Below are positions 44,889 through 57,975 of a stretch of 64,000 bases of DNA, one piece after another. The DNA is from Scenedesmus sp. PABB004 (taxonomy: Eukaryota), in NCBI GenBank assembly GCA_014905635.1, contig JABVCE010000022.1, positions 124,001-188,000 on the forward strand, in the 5' to 3' direction. Each line of letters starts with the position of its first letter. The first letter of the stretch is position 1. The notes beneath the pieces were generated by a model. The model saw nothing but the letters and a program-made list of their open reading frames with translations, was not told where the DNA came from and searched no databases. Both the position numbers and the translations under genes were made by a program.

Positions 44889-47800
44889 ATGCAGCGCGTG
44901 CCCAGCGCCGATGCGCTGGCGGGCAGGGCGGCGTCCCGCGCCGCCCTGCCGGGCCTGGGCAGCAGCGTGGGCCGGCTGCGGCGCCGGCTCTCGGCGCGCA
45001 TCAGCGCGGGCGCCGCCGCGGCGCAGACCTGGTCCCTGCTCGCCTGCGCGCCGCCGGCGCGCCTGGGCAGCAGCGTCGCCACGGTGACGCGCCAGATCAG
45101 CGAGCGCTCGCTGCAGGTGCGCACGCGCGGGCGCGGGCGCCGCGGGCGTCGCTGCGCCGCGCCCGCCGCGACCCACGCGCGCGCCGTGACCCACGCGCGC
45201 GCCGCCCAGGTGCTGCACGCGGTCTCGTCGGCGTCGGCGGCGGCGGCCGCGGGGGGCGGCGGCGACGCCGACCTCAGCGTCGACCTCGACTGGCGTCCGA
45301 GCCTCAGCCGCGCGCAGGAGGTCATCTGCTGGAGCATGGCCGCCGTCGCGGCGACGTGCGCGTACGTGCTGACCGCGCCGCCGGCCTTCTCCGTCCCCTA
45401 CGCCACCTGCATCGGCCTCATCTTCGGCCTCCTCCTCTACACGCTGCGCGGCGGGCTGCTGGAGGAGATGTACAAGGCGCGGCAGCGGCAGAGCTGGCGG
45501 GCCGGCAGCGGCAGCGCTCGCGGGCCCGCTGCGACAGCGCTCGCGGGCCTGTTCCGGCAGCGCTGGCGGGCCGGCAGCGGCAGCGCCGGCGGGCCGGCAG
45601 CGGCAGCGCTGGCGGGCCCGCTGTGACAACGCTGGCGGCCGGCAGCGGCAGTGCTGGCGGCCTGCTGCGGCGCTAGCGGCCCGCCGCGCCCGCGCACGAG
45701 CCCCGCCGCCGCCGCCGCCGCGCCCGCAGGCGCGCGAGCGCATCGAGGCCGAGCTGGGCGACCCGGATAGCCGCTTCCGGCACATCGACAACCTCTCGGT
45801 CCACGTCAAGGTGCGGCCGGCGCTGCGCTGCGCTGCGCTGTGCTGTGCTGTGTGGCGCGCCGCACAGGGGGCGGGCGCCGGCCGCACGGTGGCGCAGCAC
45901 AGCCCGCGCCGCGCTGCGCGCCCTCCCGACCCGCCTGCCGACGCCCGCCGCCGGCGGCAGGTCAAGTCGTGCGGCACGCTGCCGCCGCCGGCGGCGAGCG
46001 CCGCGGCCGCGCGGCTGGCGCCGCCGGCGCGGCGCTCGCCCGGCGCGCCGCCCGTGCCGGGGGTGCACTGCTATCATGGCTTTGGCAGCAACACCTGGTC
46101 CTGGTCGCTCGTGCAGCAGGCGCTCGCGGACCGGCTCGGCGCGCTCGTGACCGCGCACGACATGCCGGGGTTCGGCCTCACGCAGCGGTGCGGCGGCGTG
46201 CGGCGTGCGGCGCCGCCGGCGGTGGGCGCCCGCGGCCCCGCTGGCTCGCTCGCGCGCGCGGCGCGGTCTTTGTCGCCCACGCGCCCACACCGCGCGGCCC
46301 GCCACGCGCCCAGGCCGACCGATCTGTCCGGGTACTATCTCTCGTTCAACGGCCGCCTGGGGCGGCTCGCGCTGGACTATGAGCTCGCCGTGCGCGGCCT
46401 GCTGAGCGAGGCCGAGGCGAGCCGCAGCGGCGCCGAGGCCTACCCCCACGCGAGCGTGCACGACCCGCCGACGGGCGGCGGCGCGCCGGCCGACGCGGCG
46501 GCCGGCGCGGTCGCGGCGGGGCTGGAGAGCCCGCTGCAGGCCGCCGCCGCGGCGGCGGGCCGCGGCGACGCCGCCGGCGTGCTCGCGGGCGCCGCGGCGT
46601 CGGGCGCGGGCGCGGCACCGACCGGCGGCGGCGCGCGCGCCGCGGCGCCGCCGCCGTCGGCCGGCGCGGTGCAGCGCGTGCTCGTAGGGCACAGCCTGGG
46701 CGGCGCGTGCGCGGCGCTTGAATACATGGCCAGCCCGTCGGACTACGCCGCGGTGGTGCTGGTCGACCCGGCCATCATCGCCGGCCTGAGCGTCGGCCGG
46801 GCCGACCCCGACGGTGACGCGCCCGACGCGGCGGGCCGCCCGACGCTCGCGAAGCTGCAGGACGGCACCGCGTTCACGCGCAGCCTCGCGAGCGGCGACC
46901 ACGCGGCGCCCGAGGCGGCGGCCGCCGCGGCGGCGGCGGTCGCCGGCGGCAGCGAGCGCGCCGCGAGCGCCGACCTGGACGCGCTCGCCGCGGCGCAGGG
47001 CAACCTGTCGCGCAGCACGAGCAGCGCCGGCGGCGCCGGCGCGGGCGCTGCCGACGCCGCGGGCGCCGCCGACGCCGCGGGCGCGGGCGCGTCGCCGCTG
47101 CACGCCGCGGCGGCGGCGGGCGAGGTCGCGTTTTACGCGACGCGCGGCGACGACGAGACGTTTGCGCGCCTGCTCTCGCCCGACGCGCCGCGCAACCTGC
47201 TCGGCGAGGCAGCGGCGCGGCTGCTGGGCCTGCTGCAGGCGGGGTGCATGCTGACCGCGATGCTCATCATCTCGGCGCTGCGCCCCGGCATCGTGCTGCT
47301 GCTGCGCCTCGCCGTGCGCAGCCGCGCGTTCTGGGCCAACACGCTCAAGCAGGCGTACGCCGACCCGAACAAGGTCACGCCCGCCGCGGTCGACGCGTAC
47401 CGGCTGCCCCAGCTCGTGCGCGGCTGGGAGGCGGGCATGGTCTCGTTCCTGCTCGCCCGCCTCGGCGGCGGCGGCGCGCGCGGCGCGAGCGCCGCCGCGA
47501 GCGCCGTCGGCGCCGCGCCGCCGGGCGGGCTCGAGGACGCGCGCCTCGCGACGCGCTTCGCCGCGGCCGTCGCGGCGCACGGCACGCCCGTGCTCATCGT
47601 GCACGGCGCGGGCGACAAGGTGCGGCCCCGGGGCGCGCGGGGGTTCCACTCCGCCCTCCCTCCCTCCTCCCCCAGCGCCGGCGCGCCGCGCCGCACGCCG
47701 CACGCCGCACGCCGCACGCCGCGCCGCCTCGAGCCGCCGCCGCCGCCGCCGCCGCCGCGGCGCCGCAGCTGGTGCCGGCGAGCAACAGCTTCAACCTTGC

Positions 47801-47927
47801 GCGCCTCATCAAGGGCTGCCGCCTCGCGGTGGTCAAGGCCGCGGGGCACTGCCCCCAGGAGGAGGCGCCGGAGCTGTTCACGGACATCGTGGCCAGCTTC
47901 CTGGGCAAGCGCCTCGCCGGCGCGTGA
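44889..47927 (+). CDS. Alpha/beta hydrolase (Abhydrolase_1/6) with an N-terminal membrane anchor
   Basis: Two hydrophobic segments near 45330-45450, then DPDSRF, HCYHGFGSNTWSW, HDMPGFGLT, VLVGHSLGG (nucleophile), VLIVHGAGDK and GHCPQEE. Confidence 0.9.
45480..45670 (+). repeat. Intronic minisatellite (GCTGGCGGGCCGGCAGCGGCAGC-like units)
   Basis: Repeated ~21-nt units fill intron 2 (GC donor at 45477) of the hydrolase gene. Confidence 0.75.
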
Positions 47928-48371
47928 GCACGGCGCGGCGCGGGCGGCGCGGCGGCGGCTGGCGCCGGCGGGGGGGGGGGGGGGGGAGCGGGGTCGGTCG
48001 GGCCGGCACCGCGCGGGGGCGGCGGGGCGAGCGTGGCGGGGCGTGGTGGGGGTGTGCTGCGCCGGCCGTGCCGGCGCGTGCGTGCGTGTTATGACGCGGC
48101 CGCGAGTGCGGCCCTGTGGGCGCGTGTGTTGCTGCTGTCGTCGCCGCTGATGCTGCTGCTGCCGTGGCCGCCGGTGGCCACCGGGGGAGCCGCCGCGCGC
48201 AGCGAGCGGAAGAGTTTTCCGGCGCCGCCAATCTTGGAACCTTGGAACGGAGCCGAGCGTTGAAAGTAGTGCAGCTGCCCCGACCGACTGCTCGACCAAC
48301 CGACGGACTGGGTGGTGGCACCACCACCACCTCAAGGCGCGCATGCGTGCGTTGTGTGCGCGAAGAAGGAC

Positions 48372-48376
48372 TGTAA
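48372..48376 (+). terminator. Putative UGUAA polyadenylation signal of the hydrolase gene
   Basis: TGTAA about 445 nt after the stop at 47927. Confidence 0.45.
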
Positions 48377-48525
48377 AGTGGACTGACTGACCGGTCCCAC
48401 ACACAAACGCGGCGCGCGCACACGGTCTGCTGCGCGGATCTGCGGCGCCGCTGGGCCAGGACCGGGCCCGCCTGAACCCCCGCTCTAACTAACTACTCTA
48501 ACTGCTTTGATCGAGTGATCATCAC

Positions 48526-51500
48526 TCACTCACTCCCCAGCACGATCGCCGCCCGGTCGTCGCGGAACCGCGCCGACAGCGCCGCACGGCCGGCGGCCGT
48601 GAGCCGCGCCGGCGAGCCGCCGCCCGGCGGTCTGCCGCCCGCGCCGCGCGCTGCGCCGCCAGCCTGGCCGGCTGCGGCGGGGCTGCCGGGGTGCTGCTGC
48701 CGCCGCGGGCTGCCCTGCGTGCCGCCGGGGCTGCTGCGCCCGGGGCTGCCGCCGCCGCGCGCGCCGCTGGCAGGCAGCTGCCGGCTGGGCGAGGGCGCAT
48801 AGGCGACCGCCGCGTCGCTGCTCACCAGGTCTGCGACCTCGTGGTGCTGCGCCGCGGGGCCGGTGATGCTGGTGACCAGCCGGTTGCGCAGCCAGCGCTG
48901 GCTGACTGCGCCGCCGCCGCCCGGCACGCAGCGCGGCACGAGCTTGTTGGGCCGCAGCCACAAGAAGTCCAGCGTCAGGTGCTGCCCAGCCACAGCCACG
49001 CGCCCCGTCAGCCCGGCCGCGCCCCCGTGTAGCGGCGGCGGCGGCGGGTGCCCCGACGTTGGCGGCTCGGGGCTGGCGCCGTCGCTGCCGTCCGCGCCGT
49101 CGTCGCCGCCGTCAGAGCCCAGGTCGCTGCCGCCCTCGCTGGGCTGGCGCTGCAGGCCGTCTGCGCGCGCTCCGGCCAGGGGCGTCGTCAGGCCGCGGGC
49201 GCGCTGCACCGCCACTGCCGCCACAGCGGCGGCCGCGCCCGCGGCCGCGGCGCAGCACGCTGCCCAGGTCAGGGCCTGCCAGCTGGCGGGCGCCCACGCC
49301 GCTGCACGTGCGCGCTGACTGCTCCGCGTCTGCTCGTGGTAGACCCTCGGCACAGTCTGTGGCGGGAGCTTGGCAGCCACCCCGGTCAGCGCCTGGCGCC
49401 ATGCTGACAGCACGGGCGGTGCCACCTCCCCTGCGGCGACCACCTTGGCGGCTGCGCGCTCAGCCGCTGCCTTCTGGGCTGCTGCGCGCTTGGCCTCCGC
49501 TGCCGCCTGCTCCGCGGCCATCTTCTCAGCTGCCGCGCGCTTGGCCTCCTCCGCGGCCGCCGCCTTGGCGGCTGCGCGCTCAGCCGCTGCCTTCTCAGCT
49601 GCCGCGCGCTTGGCCTCCTCCACGGCCGCCGCCTTGGCGGCTGCGCGCTCAGCCGCTGCCTTCTCAGCTGCTGCGCGCTTGGCCTCCGCTGCCGCCTGCT
49701 CCGCGGCCGCCTTCTCAGCTGCCGCGCGCTTGGCCTCCTCCGCGGCCGCCGCCTTGGCGGCTGCGCGCTCTGCCGCTGCCTTCTCAGCTGCTGCGCGCTT
49801 GGCCTCCGCTGCCGCCTGCTCCGCGGCCGCCTTCTCAGCTGCCGCGCGCTTGGCCTCCTCCGCGGCCGCCGCCTTGGCGGCTGCGCGCTCAGCCGCTGCC
49901 TTCTCAGCTGCTGCGCGCTTGGCCTCCGCTGCCGCCTGCTCCGCGGCCGCCTTCTCAGCTGCCGCGCGCTTGGCCTCCTCCGCGGCCGCCGCCTTGGCGG
50001 CTGCGCGCTCTGCAGCTGCCTTCTCAGCTGCTGCGTGCTTGGCCTCCGCCGCGGCCTGCTCTGCCGCCGCTTTCTCAGCTGCTGCGCGCTTGGCCCCCTC
50101 CGCGGCCGCCGCCTCGGCGGCTGCGCGCTCAGCCGCTCTGGCATGCAGCACTGGCGCTGTGAGGTCTGCCGCGCCGCTGCTGCTGTTGACGTTGCTGGCG
50201 CCCAGCCAGGGTGTGGTGAGTGCTGCAGGGTGCCTGCGGGCAGTGAAGCGGCGAGTGGTTGGGCAGGGGCGGCGGTGATCATCCCAGGCGCCTGGCGGCT
50301 GCAGTGCCTGGCTGCGCGGCATGCACCTGCCGACCGACGCCGACCAGCCAGCTGCCAGCAGCAGCACAAGCAGAAGGATCGGCAGGACCACAGGCAGGCC
50401 CCTGACCAGCCGCCAGCTCCTCTGGCTCGCCGCAGGGCAGCGGTCACCGACCGCTGCGCCAGACTTGCGGGCGTCCATGGCGGCCAGCGCCGGGGTGCTG
50501 CTGCTGGCCAGCGCCTTGTTCGCCTTGCGGCCAGCCTTCTTGGCTGCCTTGCCGCGCAGCTGCGTTGCCGCCGCCGCTGGCGCGGCGGCTTTGGTGCCCG
50601 CCCCGCCCACCGCGGCCTGCGCTGCGCCGGCGCTCTTGGCACCCGCGCCGCCCAGGGCGCTGCGCCCGCCGCCGCCGCGGCCGCCGCTGCCGCGCCCGCC
50701 GCCGTCCAGTGCGCTGCCGGGCCTGCTCGCGCCGGGCGTGTCGTCCTCGCCGCCAGAGGCCGCCTCTTCTGAGCCCCCGGCGGCAGCGATGCGCCAGTCG
50801 CCGGAGGGGCCGTCAGCGGCGAGCGGCTGCAGGTCGCCGTTGTTGCTGCAGCGCAGCACCGGTGGCAGCACGCTGCTGGGTGGCGCTGCAGCAGCCAGCT
50901 CCGAGCACTCCGCCAGCTGCGACTTGAGCGGCACACCGCTGGTGCCCTGGGATGCCCCTGCACGCTCGCTCACGCGTGCGGGGGCGCCACGCCGCTGCGA
51001 GGGCTCGCGCGTGAGCGGCTGCTTGGCAAATGCCGGCCGAACGGCAAGCTCCTCACCTGCCGCCGCCTCGGCCGCCAGCCGCGCCGCCTCCTCAGCAGCG
51101 GCCGCCTCTGCTGCCAGCCTCGCTGCCTCCTCAGCTGCGGCCGCCTCTGCTGCCAGCCTCGCTGCCTCCTCAGCAGCGGCCGCCTCTGCGGCCAGCCGGG
51201 TCTCCTCCTCAGCAGCAGCGGCCTCTGCAGCCAGCCGGGCTGCCTCCTCAGCTGCAGCCGCCTCTGCTGCTAGCCGCGCCTGCTCTGCAGCGGCGGCCTC
51301 GGCAGCCAGCCGCGCCGCCTCCTCAGCTGCCGCTGCCTCTGCGGCCAGCCTCGCTGCCTCCTCAGCTGCAGCCGCCTCTTCTGCCAGCCTCGCTGCCTCC
51401 TCAGCAGCGGCCGCCTCTGCTGCCAGCCGGGCTGCCTCCTCAGCTGCAGCCGCCTCTGCGGCCAGCCGCGCCTGCTCTGCAGCGGCGCCCTCGGCAGCCA

Positions 51501-54500
51501 GCCGCGCCGCCTCCTCAGCTGCCGCTGCCTCTGCGGCCAGCCTCGCTGCCTCTTCAGCAGCGGCGACCTCGGCAGCCAGCCTCGCTGCCTCTTCAGCAGC
51601 AGCCGCCTCTGCGGCCAGCCGCGCCTGCTCTGCAGCAGCAGCCTCTGCTGCCAACCTCGCCGCCTCCTCAGCTGCAGCCGCCTCTTCTGCCAGCCTCGCT
51701 GCCTCCTCAGCAGCGGCCGCCTCTGCTGCCAGCCGGGCTGCCTCCTCAGCTGCAGCCGCCTCTGCGGCCAGCCGCGCCTGCTCTGCAGCGGCGGCCTCGG
51801 CAGCCAGCCGCGCCGCCTCCTCAGCTGCCGCTGCCTCTGCTGCCTGCCGGGCCGCCTCTTCAGCAGCGGCGACCTCGGCAGCCAGCCTCGCCGCCTCCTC
51901 AGCAGCAGCCGCCTCTGCGGCCAGCCGCGCCTGCTCTGCAGCGGCAGCCTCTGCTGCCAGCCTCGCCGCCTCCTCAGCTGCCGCTGCCTCTGCGGCCAGC
52001 CTCGCTGCCTCTTCAGCAGCGGCGACCTCGGCAGCCAGCCTCGCTGCCTCTTCAGCTGCAGCCGCCTCTGCGGCCAGCCGCGCCTGCTCTGCAGCGGCAG
52101 CCTCTGCTGCCAACCTCGCTGCCTCCTCAGCTGCGGCCGCCTCTGCTGCCAGCCTCGCTGCCTCCTCAGCAGCGGCCGCCTCTGCGGCCAGCCGGGTCTC
52201 CTCCTCAGCAGCAGCGGCCTCTGCAGCCAGCCGGGCTGCCTCCTCAGCTGCAGCCGCCTCTGCTGCTAGCCGCGCCTGCTCTGCAGCGGCAGCCTCTGCT
52301 GCCAACCTCGTCGCCTCCTCAGCTGCAGCCGCCTCTTCTGCCAGCCTCGCTGCCTCCTCAGCAGCGGCCGCCTCTGCTGCCAGCCGGGCTGCCTCCTCAG
52401 CTGCAGCCGCCTCTGCGGCCAGCCGCGCCTGCTCTGCAGCGGCGGCTTCGGCAGCCAGCCGCGCCGCCTCCTCAGCTGCCGCTGCCTCTGCTGCCTGCCG
52501 GGCCGCCTCCTCAGCTGCCGCTGCCTCTGCGGCCAGCCTTGCTGCCTCCTCAGCAGCGGCCGCCTCTGCTGCCAGCCTCGCTGCCTCCTCAGCAGCGGCC
52601 GCCTCTGCTGCCAGCCTCGCTGCCTCCTCAGCAGCGGCCGCCTCTGCTGCCAGCCGGGTCTCCTCCTCAGCAGCAGCGGCCTCTGCAGCCAGCCGGGCCA
52701 CCTCTGCTGCGGCCGCCTCCGCCGCTGCCTTGGCGGCCACAAAGCGAGCGATGCGGGCCGCCTCCTCTGCGCCTGCCACGTCTCCAACGAGACGCTCCCT
52801 CAGAAGCGCAGCCGCCGCCTGCTCCACCGCTGCGCTCTCCGCCGCCGCTGCAGTCGCCATTGCCTCCAGCGCCGCAGCTGCGTCTCGCACGTTGATGCTC
52901 CGCACCTCGCCCCCCTTGTCTGGCACAGCACACTGCTCCACGGCCGAGACCCCGTCCCGTCGCCCGGCGGCTGCAGCCTCGGTGGTGGCGCCGGCGGCGA
53001 CCTCCGCCGCCGGCTGCTGCAGCACCTGCGGCAGCGACTGCCGGGGCAGGCCGTGCTCCTGCGGCGGCCCCCGCTGCTGCAGCGGGGGCAGCGGCGCGTC
53101 CTCGCTGCCCGCCGGCCCTGCTGCGCCGGGCTGCCGCACGAGCCGGCCAAACGTCGGCAGCCTGTCCCAGCGCAGCGCGGCGCCCGCGCTCGCATCGTCG
53201 CTGCCGCCGCAGCTGCTGACCGGCGCCAGCGGCGCCTCGTGCTGCACCTCGCCCTCGCTGACGAGCCCGCAGGGCGCGGCCGCCTCCGCGCCGCCGCTGC
53301 CGCTGGCTGCCGTCAGCGCCTCCGCGATGCCCAGCAGCCCTGGCACCGAGCAGCGCAGCCCCGCCGCCGCGTCCTCGCCCGTGCCAGCGCCGCACGCCCA
53401 GTTGACCGACACACTGCTGTGCTGGCGCTGCGCCAGGCTGGCGCCGTACAGCAAATGCGGCTGCTCGTCCCCCGCCGCGCTGCCGCCGTCGCTGTAGCAC
53501 CGCTCCCCGCCGCACGGCAGCTCCAGCGAGGAGGCGCAGCTGGACGCGCGCTGCCCGAGGCGCGGCGGCGCGGCGCCGCCGCTACTGGGGCTGAGGCCGC
53601 CGGCGCCGCCACCGCCGCCGCCCCCGCCGCTGCTGGGGCCGCCGGGTGCTGCGCCGGCGCCGCCGCCGTGCGGAGCTGCGCCGAGCGCCGCCGCGCCCTC
53701 CGCGGCGCCCACCGCGGCGGCGGCGGCCGCGCCGATGTGCCGCCAGCCGGTCACGCCGTCGGCGCTGGCGCCGCCGCCGGTGCCGCCGCTCGTGCCGCGC
53801 TCGCTGCCGCTGAGCATGTCCCAGTTGACGGCAAAGCTGCTGCGCTCCTCCGCCGGCGCCTGCGCGCAGTAGACCGCGTGGTCGTCCGAGCCCTCCTCGC
53901 TCGCCTCGCTCGCCTCGCTGGGAGAGCTGGCCTCGCTGGCGGCCTCGCTGCCTGCCGTGCCGGTTGCGACCGGGGGCCGCGCTTCGTCTGGCTGCTGTGG
54001 CTGCGGCTGCTCTTGCACCTGCGGCTGCGGCTGCTGTTGGCCGCCCGCCTCGCCGGCGCCGCCGCCGACAGCGTTGCCGCCCAGGTCGGAGCCGCAGCTG
54101 CTGCAGCTGCTGCGCCGCGCCGGCGGCCCGAGCTGCTGCCCTGGCTCCGCCGCCTGGCGGCTGCGCCCGGCGGTGGGCTCGCCGGCTGCTGCGGGGCGCG
54201 CGGCGTCGGCGGCGGCGGCGGCGGCGCCGCCGCAGGCGCTGTTGTCGATGCTCGCGCGCGCCGCCGGCCGGCGGCCGCTCGCCGTGCTGGCCGCCGCAGG
54301 CTGGGCGGCGGCGCCGCCGGCGCCGCCCGGGCTCAGGCGCATGTCGGCGGCCAGCGCCCTGGCGCGCGCCGCCATCGCCGCGGTCGCCGCCTTGAGCGTG
54401 GAGCGCACGCCGAGCGGCGCGGCGCCGGCCCGGCGCCCGCCCCGCCGGGCCGGGCTGTCCAGCTCCGCGGCCGGCTCGGCCGGCTCGGCCGGCGTGCTGC

Positions 54501-54908
54501 CGGCGCGGGCCTCGCCGCCGGCGACGGGCGCGCCGCCGGCGCCGCGGCCGCGGACGTACTGGAAGTTGAGCTGCGGCTGCACCGCCAGCGTGCCGGCCTC
54601 GACGTGGGCCGCATAGTCCTCCACGCGCAGCCGCGCGGTGACGAGCCCGGGGCCTGCGGCGCGGGCGCCGGTCAGCGCGGCGGGCGGCCAGCCCCGCGCC
54701 GGCGGCTGGCCAGGGCGGCGCGCCCTCCCGCACCTGCCGCGCCGGCGCCGCCGCCGCGGCGCGCAGCGTCGACCCTGAGCTGCACCAGCGCCGGCAGTGC
54801 GGCGGCGGGCGCGCCGCCGGCCTCGCGCGCCGCGCACGCGGCGCAGCGCCGCGCCGCCGCCGGCGCGCCGCCGCCGCCGCCCGCCGGCGGGCCCGGCGCG
54901 GCGTCCAT
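48526..54908 (-). CDS. Very large (~2100 aa) orphan protein with two Ala/Glu/Arg/Lys helical repeat arrays and 1-2 TM segments
   Basis: Short exon 1 (ATG at 54908, GT donor near 54733) joins an uninterrupted ~6.1-kb reading frame. It encodes (AAEAAAAEEAARL)n, a hydrophobic LPVVLPILLLVLLLAAGW segment and (AAEKAAAERAAAKAAAAEEAKR..)n. Confidence 0.7.
49440..50135 (-). repeat. Coding repeat with a 120-bp higher-order period (23+17 aa; AAAEKAAAERAAAKAAAAEEAKR/AAAEKAAAEQAAAEAKR)
   Basis: Identical sequence starts at 49681, 49801 and 49921. Confidence 0.9.
51055..52720 (-). repeat. Coding repeat array of 39/36-bp units (AAEAAAAEEAARL / AAEAAAAEQARL), roughly 40 copies
   Basis: Directly visible in the translation and in recurring gcctcctcagc(a/t)gc.gccgcctctgc units. 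Confidence 0.9.
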
Positions 54909-55798
54909 GCGCCCCTCAGCTGCTCATCGCTGCGGCGCGGGGGGAGTTTGCCGAAACGCGACCGCGTTGAACGCGCGACGCGCGTCGTGGGCGGGCCGCG
55001 AGCACGCCAGGTGCGCGCTTTTGGTGTGCGTGTGTGTGCCGGCGAGCGCGGGCGGGCGGGCGTGCGGGCGGCGCTTTGCCGGCGGCACCGGTCCGGCGGC
55101 ACCGCGCTTCAGCGACCTGCTGGCGCCGCCGCCGCAAGCAGCAGTCCCGCAGTGGTGTGCGGGAAGAGCTCACGGGCAAGGGCCCGGGACCTCCGGCGGG
55201 CAGCGGCGGCCGGCCGGCAGCGGCGACGCCCGGCGCCGCTGTCTGCGCGGCTGCGCGCCGCAGTGGCCGCAGGCTGCGCGACCAGGACCGCAGCTGGTGG
55301 GCTGGGCTGCCGGAGCGTGGCGGCCGCGCGCACGGGCCGCAGCCGCCCGCCGCTCGCGCGCCGAACGGGCGCGGTCGCCCGCGCCCGCGTGCGCCGCTCC
55401 CCACGCCGCCCGCGGCCACCCGGCGGCGCGCGCGCGCCGACGACGCGGCCTCCCACGCCGCCCACGCCCCAAGACGCGTGCGCAGGCTTGAACAAAGCGA
55501 GTGAGAAGGCGCCCGGGTCTTTGGGCGCGCGGCGCGCGCAAACGACCGCCGCGCCGCCGCTGCCACGTCCCCGCTCGCCCCGCCCCGCCCGCGTGTACCG
55601 TCGTCGCTGCACCACGCGCGTCCCGACGCCACCGCGGTCAAGGCCAGAGCGAGCTCCCGCGCGGCAGCGCCACGGCGGGTCCCGCCGCCCGCGCGCGCCC
55701 AGGCCCCGCAGCGCCGCGCGCACGGCGCCCGCAAGTCTTTCGCGTCCGGACCAGCCGCCGGCGAGGCCAGCAGCGTGCGCCTGGCGCAGGGGCCCGCG

Positions 55799-57174
55799 AT
55801 GATTCTCTCCACGAGCATAGAGCACCACGCGCCACGGCTCAGGCGCGAGCGCGTCAGGTGCGGCTCGTTCGCGGCGCCGCGGAAGGCGCCCTGCGCGCGC
55901 AGCCGCCCGCGTCCGCGCTGGCGCGAGCACTTGCAGCGCCGTGGCGCCCTCGCGGGGCGCGCCCGGGCCCGGGGAGGGTGCCCTGTGGCGCGTGCGGCGC
56001 GCGCCGGGGGCTGTCGGGCAGCCGCCGCGCCGGCAGGCGCGGCGGAGCCTTCCAACGCATGCGCCCGGCCGCGGCGCGCGCCCGCGCGCCCGCTGCCCGG
56101 CGGCGCCGTGCCCCCGGGCCGACCGCCCCCGCGCGTGGCCCCTGCGGCCGCCGCGGCGCGGTCTGGCGCGGGGCGCGCACCGCGCGCGGCAGCAGCGGCG
56201 GCGGCAAGCAGTAGCCGCGGGGCGCCGCCGCAGCCGCGCCCCCCCCCCAGCGACCGCGCGGCGCCGCCGGGCCCGCCCCTCACCGCACCCGCCGCGCCCG
56301 CCGCCCCGCCGCCGCGCCCCGCAGGCCGGCGCCGCCGCGCAGCCTGGTCGTCCACGGCGTCGCGTTCTGCTGGTTTGCGTTTGTCTGGGCCTGGCACCTC
56401 ACGCCCGCGGCCGCGCCGCTGCCCGGCAACGCCGGCTTCGGCTGGTTCTTCCGCTTCCTCACCTTTTACAGCTTCACGCTGCAGACGCTGCAGCTCGGCA
56501 TGGCGACGGTCGACGACTGGCAGCGCGCGGCGCGCGGGCGGTCGCGCTGGACGCGGCCGACCGACGACCTCGCGTGCGCGATCTTTGCGCTCACGCACGT
56601 CGTGAGCATCATGTTTTACACCATCCAGTCCACCACCAAGCTCGCGGTCGAGGGCGGGCACGTCGCGCGGCCGCCGTGGCTCGACGTGAGCGTGCACGGC
56701 CTCAACACGCTCGTCGCGTGGGCCGACCTCATCACGAGCGACCGGCGCAGCTTCAGCCGCACGAGCGAGCGCCTCAGCACCGTGCTCGTCGCGGCCTACC
56801 TCGCCTACCTGCTGCTCTGCCGGCAGATGAACGGGCGCTTCCCCTACCCCATCCTCAACGCGCTCTCGTGGCCCTGGGGCTTCTGCGCCCTCATCGGCGC
56901 GGGGCTGCTGCTCTTCGTCGTCGCGTTCCGGGCGGGCAAGCTCATGAACCGGCGCCTGCGGCACATCAGCCTCTCCATCTGCATCACCGACGCGCTCGAG
57001 CCGAGCAGCGACGGCGGCGCCGCGTCGTGCGGCGGCGCCGGCGGCGCCGCGAGCGACGACGACGGCGCTGCGCCGCTCGCGAGCGGCGGCGGCCGCGGCG
57101 GCCGCGGCGGCCGCGACGCGGCGCAGCTGCTCCTGTTTGGCGGCCTGCGGCCGCGCGGCGCCAAGGTGTGCTGA
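55799..57174 (+). CDS. FAR-17a/AIG1-like membrane protein
   Basis: Main exon from 56325: GFGWFFRFLTFYSF, VVSIMFY, VSVHGLN and AYLAYLLLCRQMNGRFPYPIL. Exon 1 (ATG at 55799, donor 55858) is tentative. Confidence 0.82.
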
Positions 57175-57758
57175 GGGCCCGGCGCGCGACGGCGGCGGCG
57201 CGGCGCGGCGCGCGCTGCAGCGGCAGCGCGGCGGCCGCCCGCCGCGGCGGCGCGGGCGGGCGGGCGGGGGCGTGGCGGCGCGACGAGGGGTGCGAAGGAG
57301 CGGCGGGGGCACGCGCCGGCTGGCCTCCACACGTGCCGCGGCGGTTTGAGGAACGCGCGCGGAGCTGCCGCACGCAGCGCGCGGGGCGGGCAGCTGGTGC
57401 ATTGCTGGCGAGCCAGAGGGAGCGGGCGGGGGCGGCGAGGGGCTGCCGCTGAAATCGTGCGGGGGCCTTGAGGCCGCCGCGCGCGCGTGCGCGCGCGCGC
57501 GGACCTGGGCGGGAGGGGACGGCGCAACTCAACCATTTTTCCTGCATGTGTGCGAGGGGCGCAGGGCTTTGTGGCCCTGTGCACGTGCGCGCGCGCGGCC
57601 GCCAAGCGTGGCGGCCGCGCGCGCTGCAGTGTCGGACCGATCGACGCGCGGGCGGGTGAGCCAGGGCGCCCCCGCAGGCCGCTGCACTGTGCTATAGGCG
57701 CTGCCCTCATCGTCCCAGCGGCCGCGGGGGCGTGCGGCGCGTTTCGCGAGGGCGGGCG

Positions 57759-57763
57759 TGTAA
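57759..57763 (+). terminator. Putative UGUAA polyadenylation signal of the FAR-17a gene
   Basis: TGTAA downstream of the stop, between the convergent genes. Confidence 0.4.
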
Positions 57764-57975
57764 GCTGCGCTCGCGTGCGGCCCGGCGTCGATCGCTCTCT
57801 CGAGGGCCAGCTCGCTCGCTCGGCGGGTGTTTACCGCCGCCGCCGCCCGCCGCACGCTCTCCCAGCGCCGCGGCGCCGCGGCGCCGGCCCGCCCGCCCAC
57901 CGCGCGCCCGCGCCGCGCGCCGCGCGGCCGGGCGCCCTGCTGCTGGCCGCGCGCTCCGCCCTCCTGGGGCGCGCT

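Noticed and set aside
49440..52720. Regular repeats as a possible CRISPR array
   Set aside because: No unique spacers, in-frame coding periodicity, eukaryotic context and no cas genes.
50321..53497. 1058-aa Ala/Ser-rich ORF on + (and overlapping Pro/Gln-rich ORFs)
   Set aside because: Antisense shadow of the repeat array. The - frame is longer and gives a coherent charged-helix protein.
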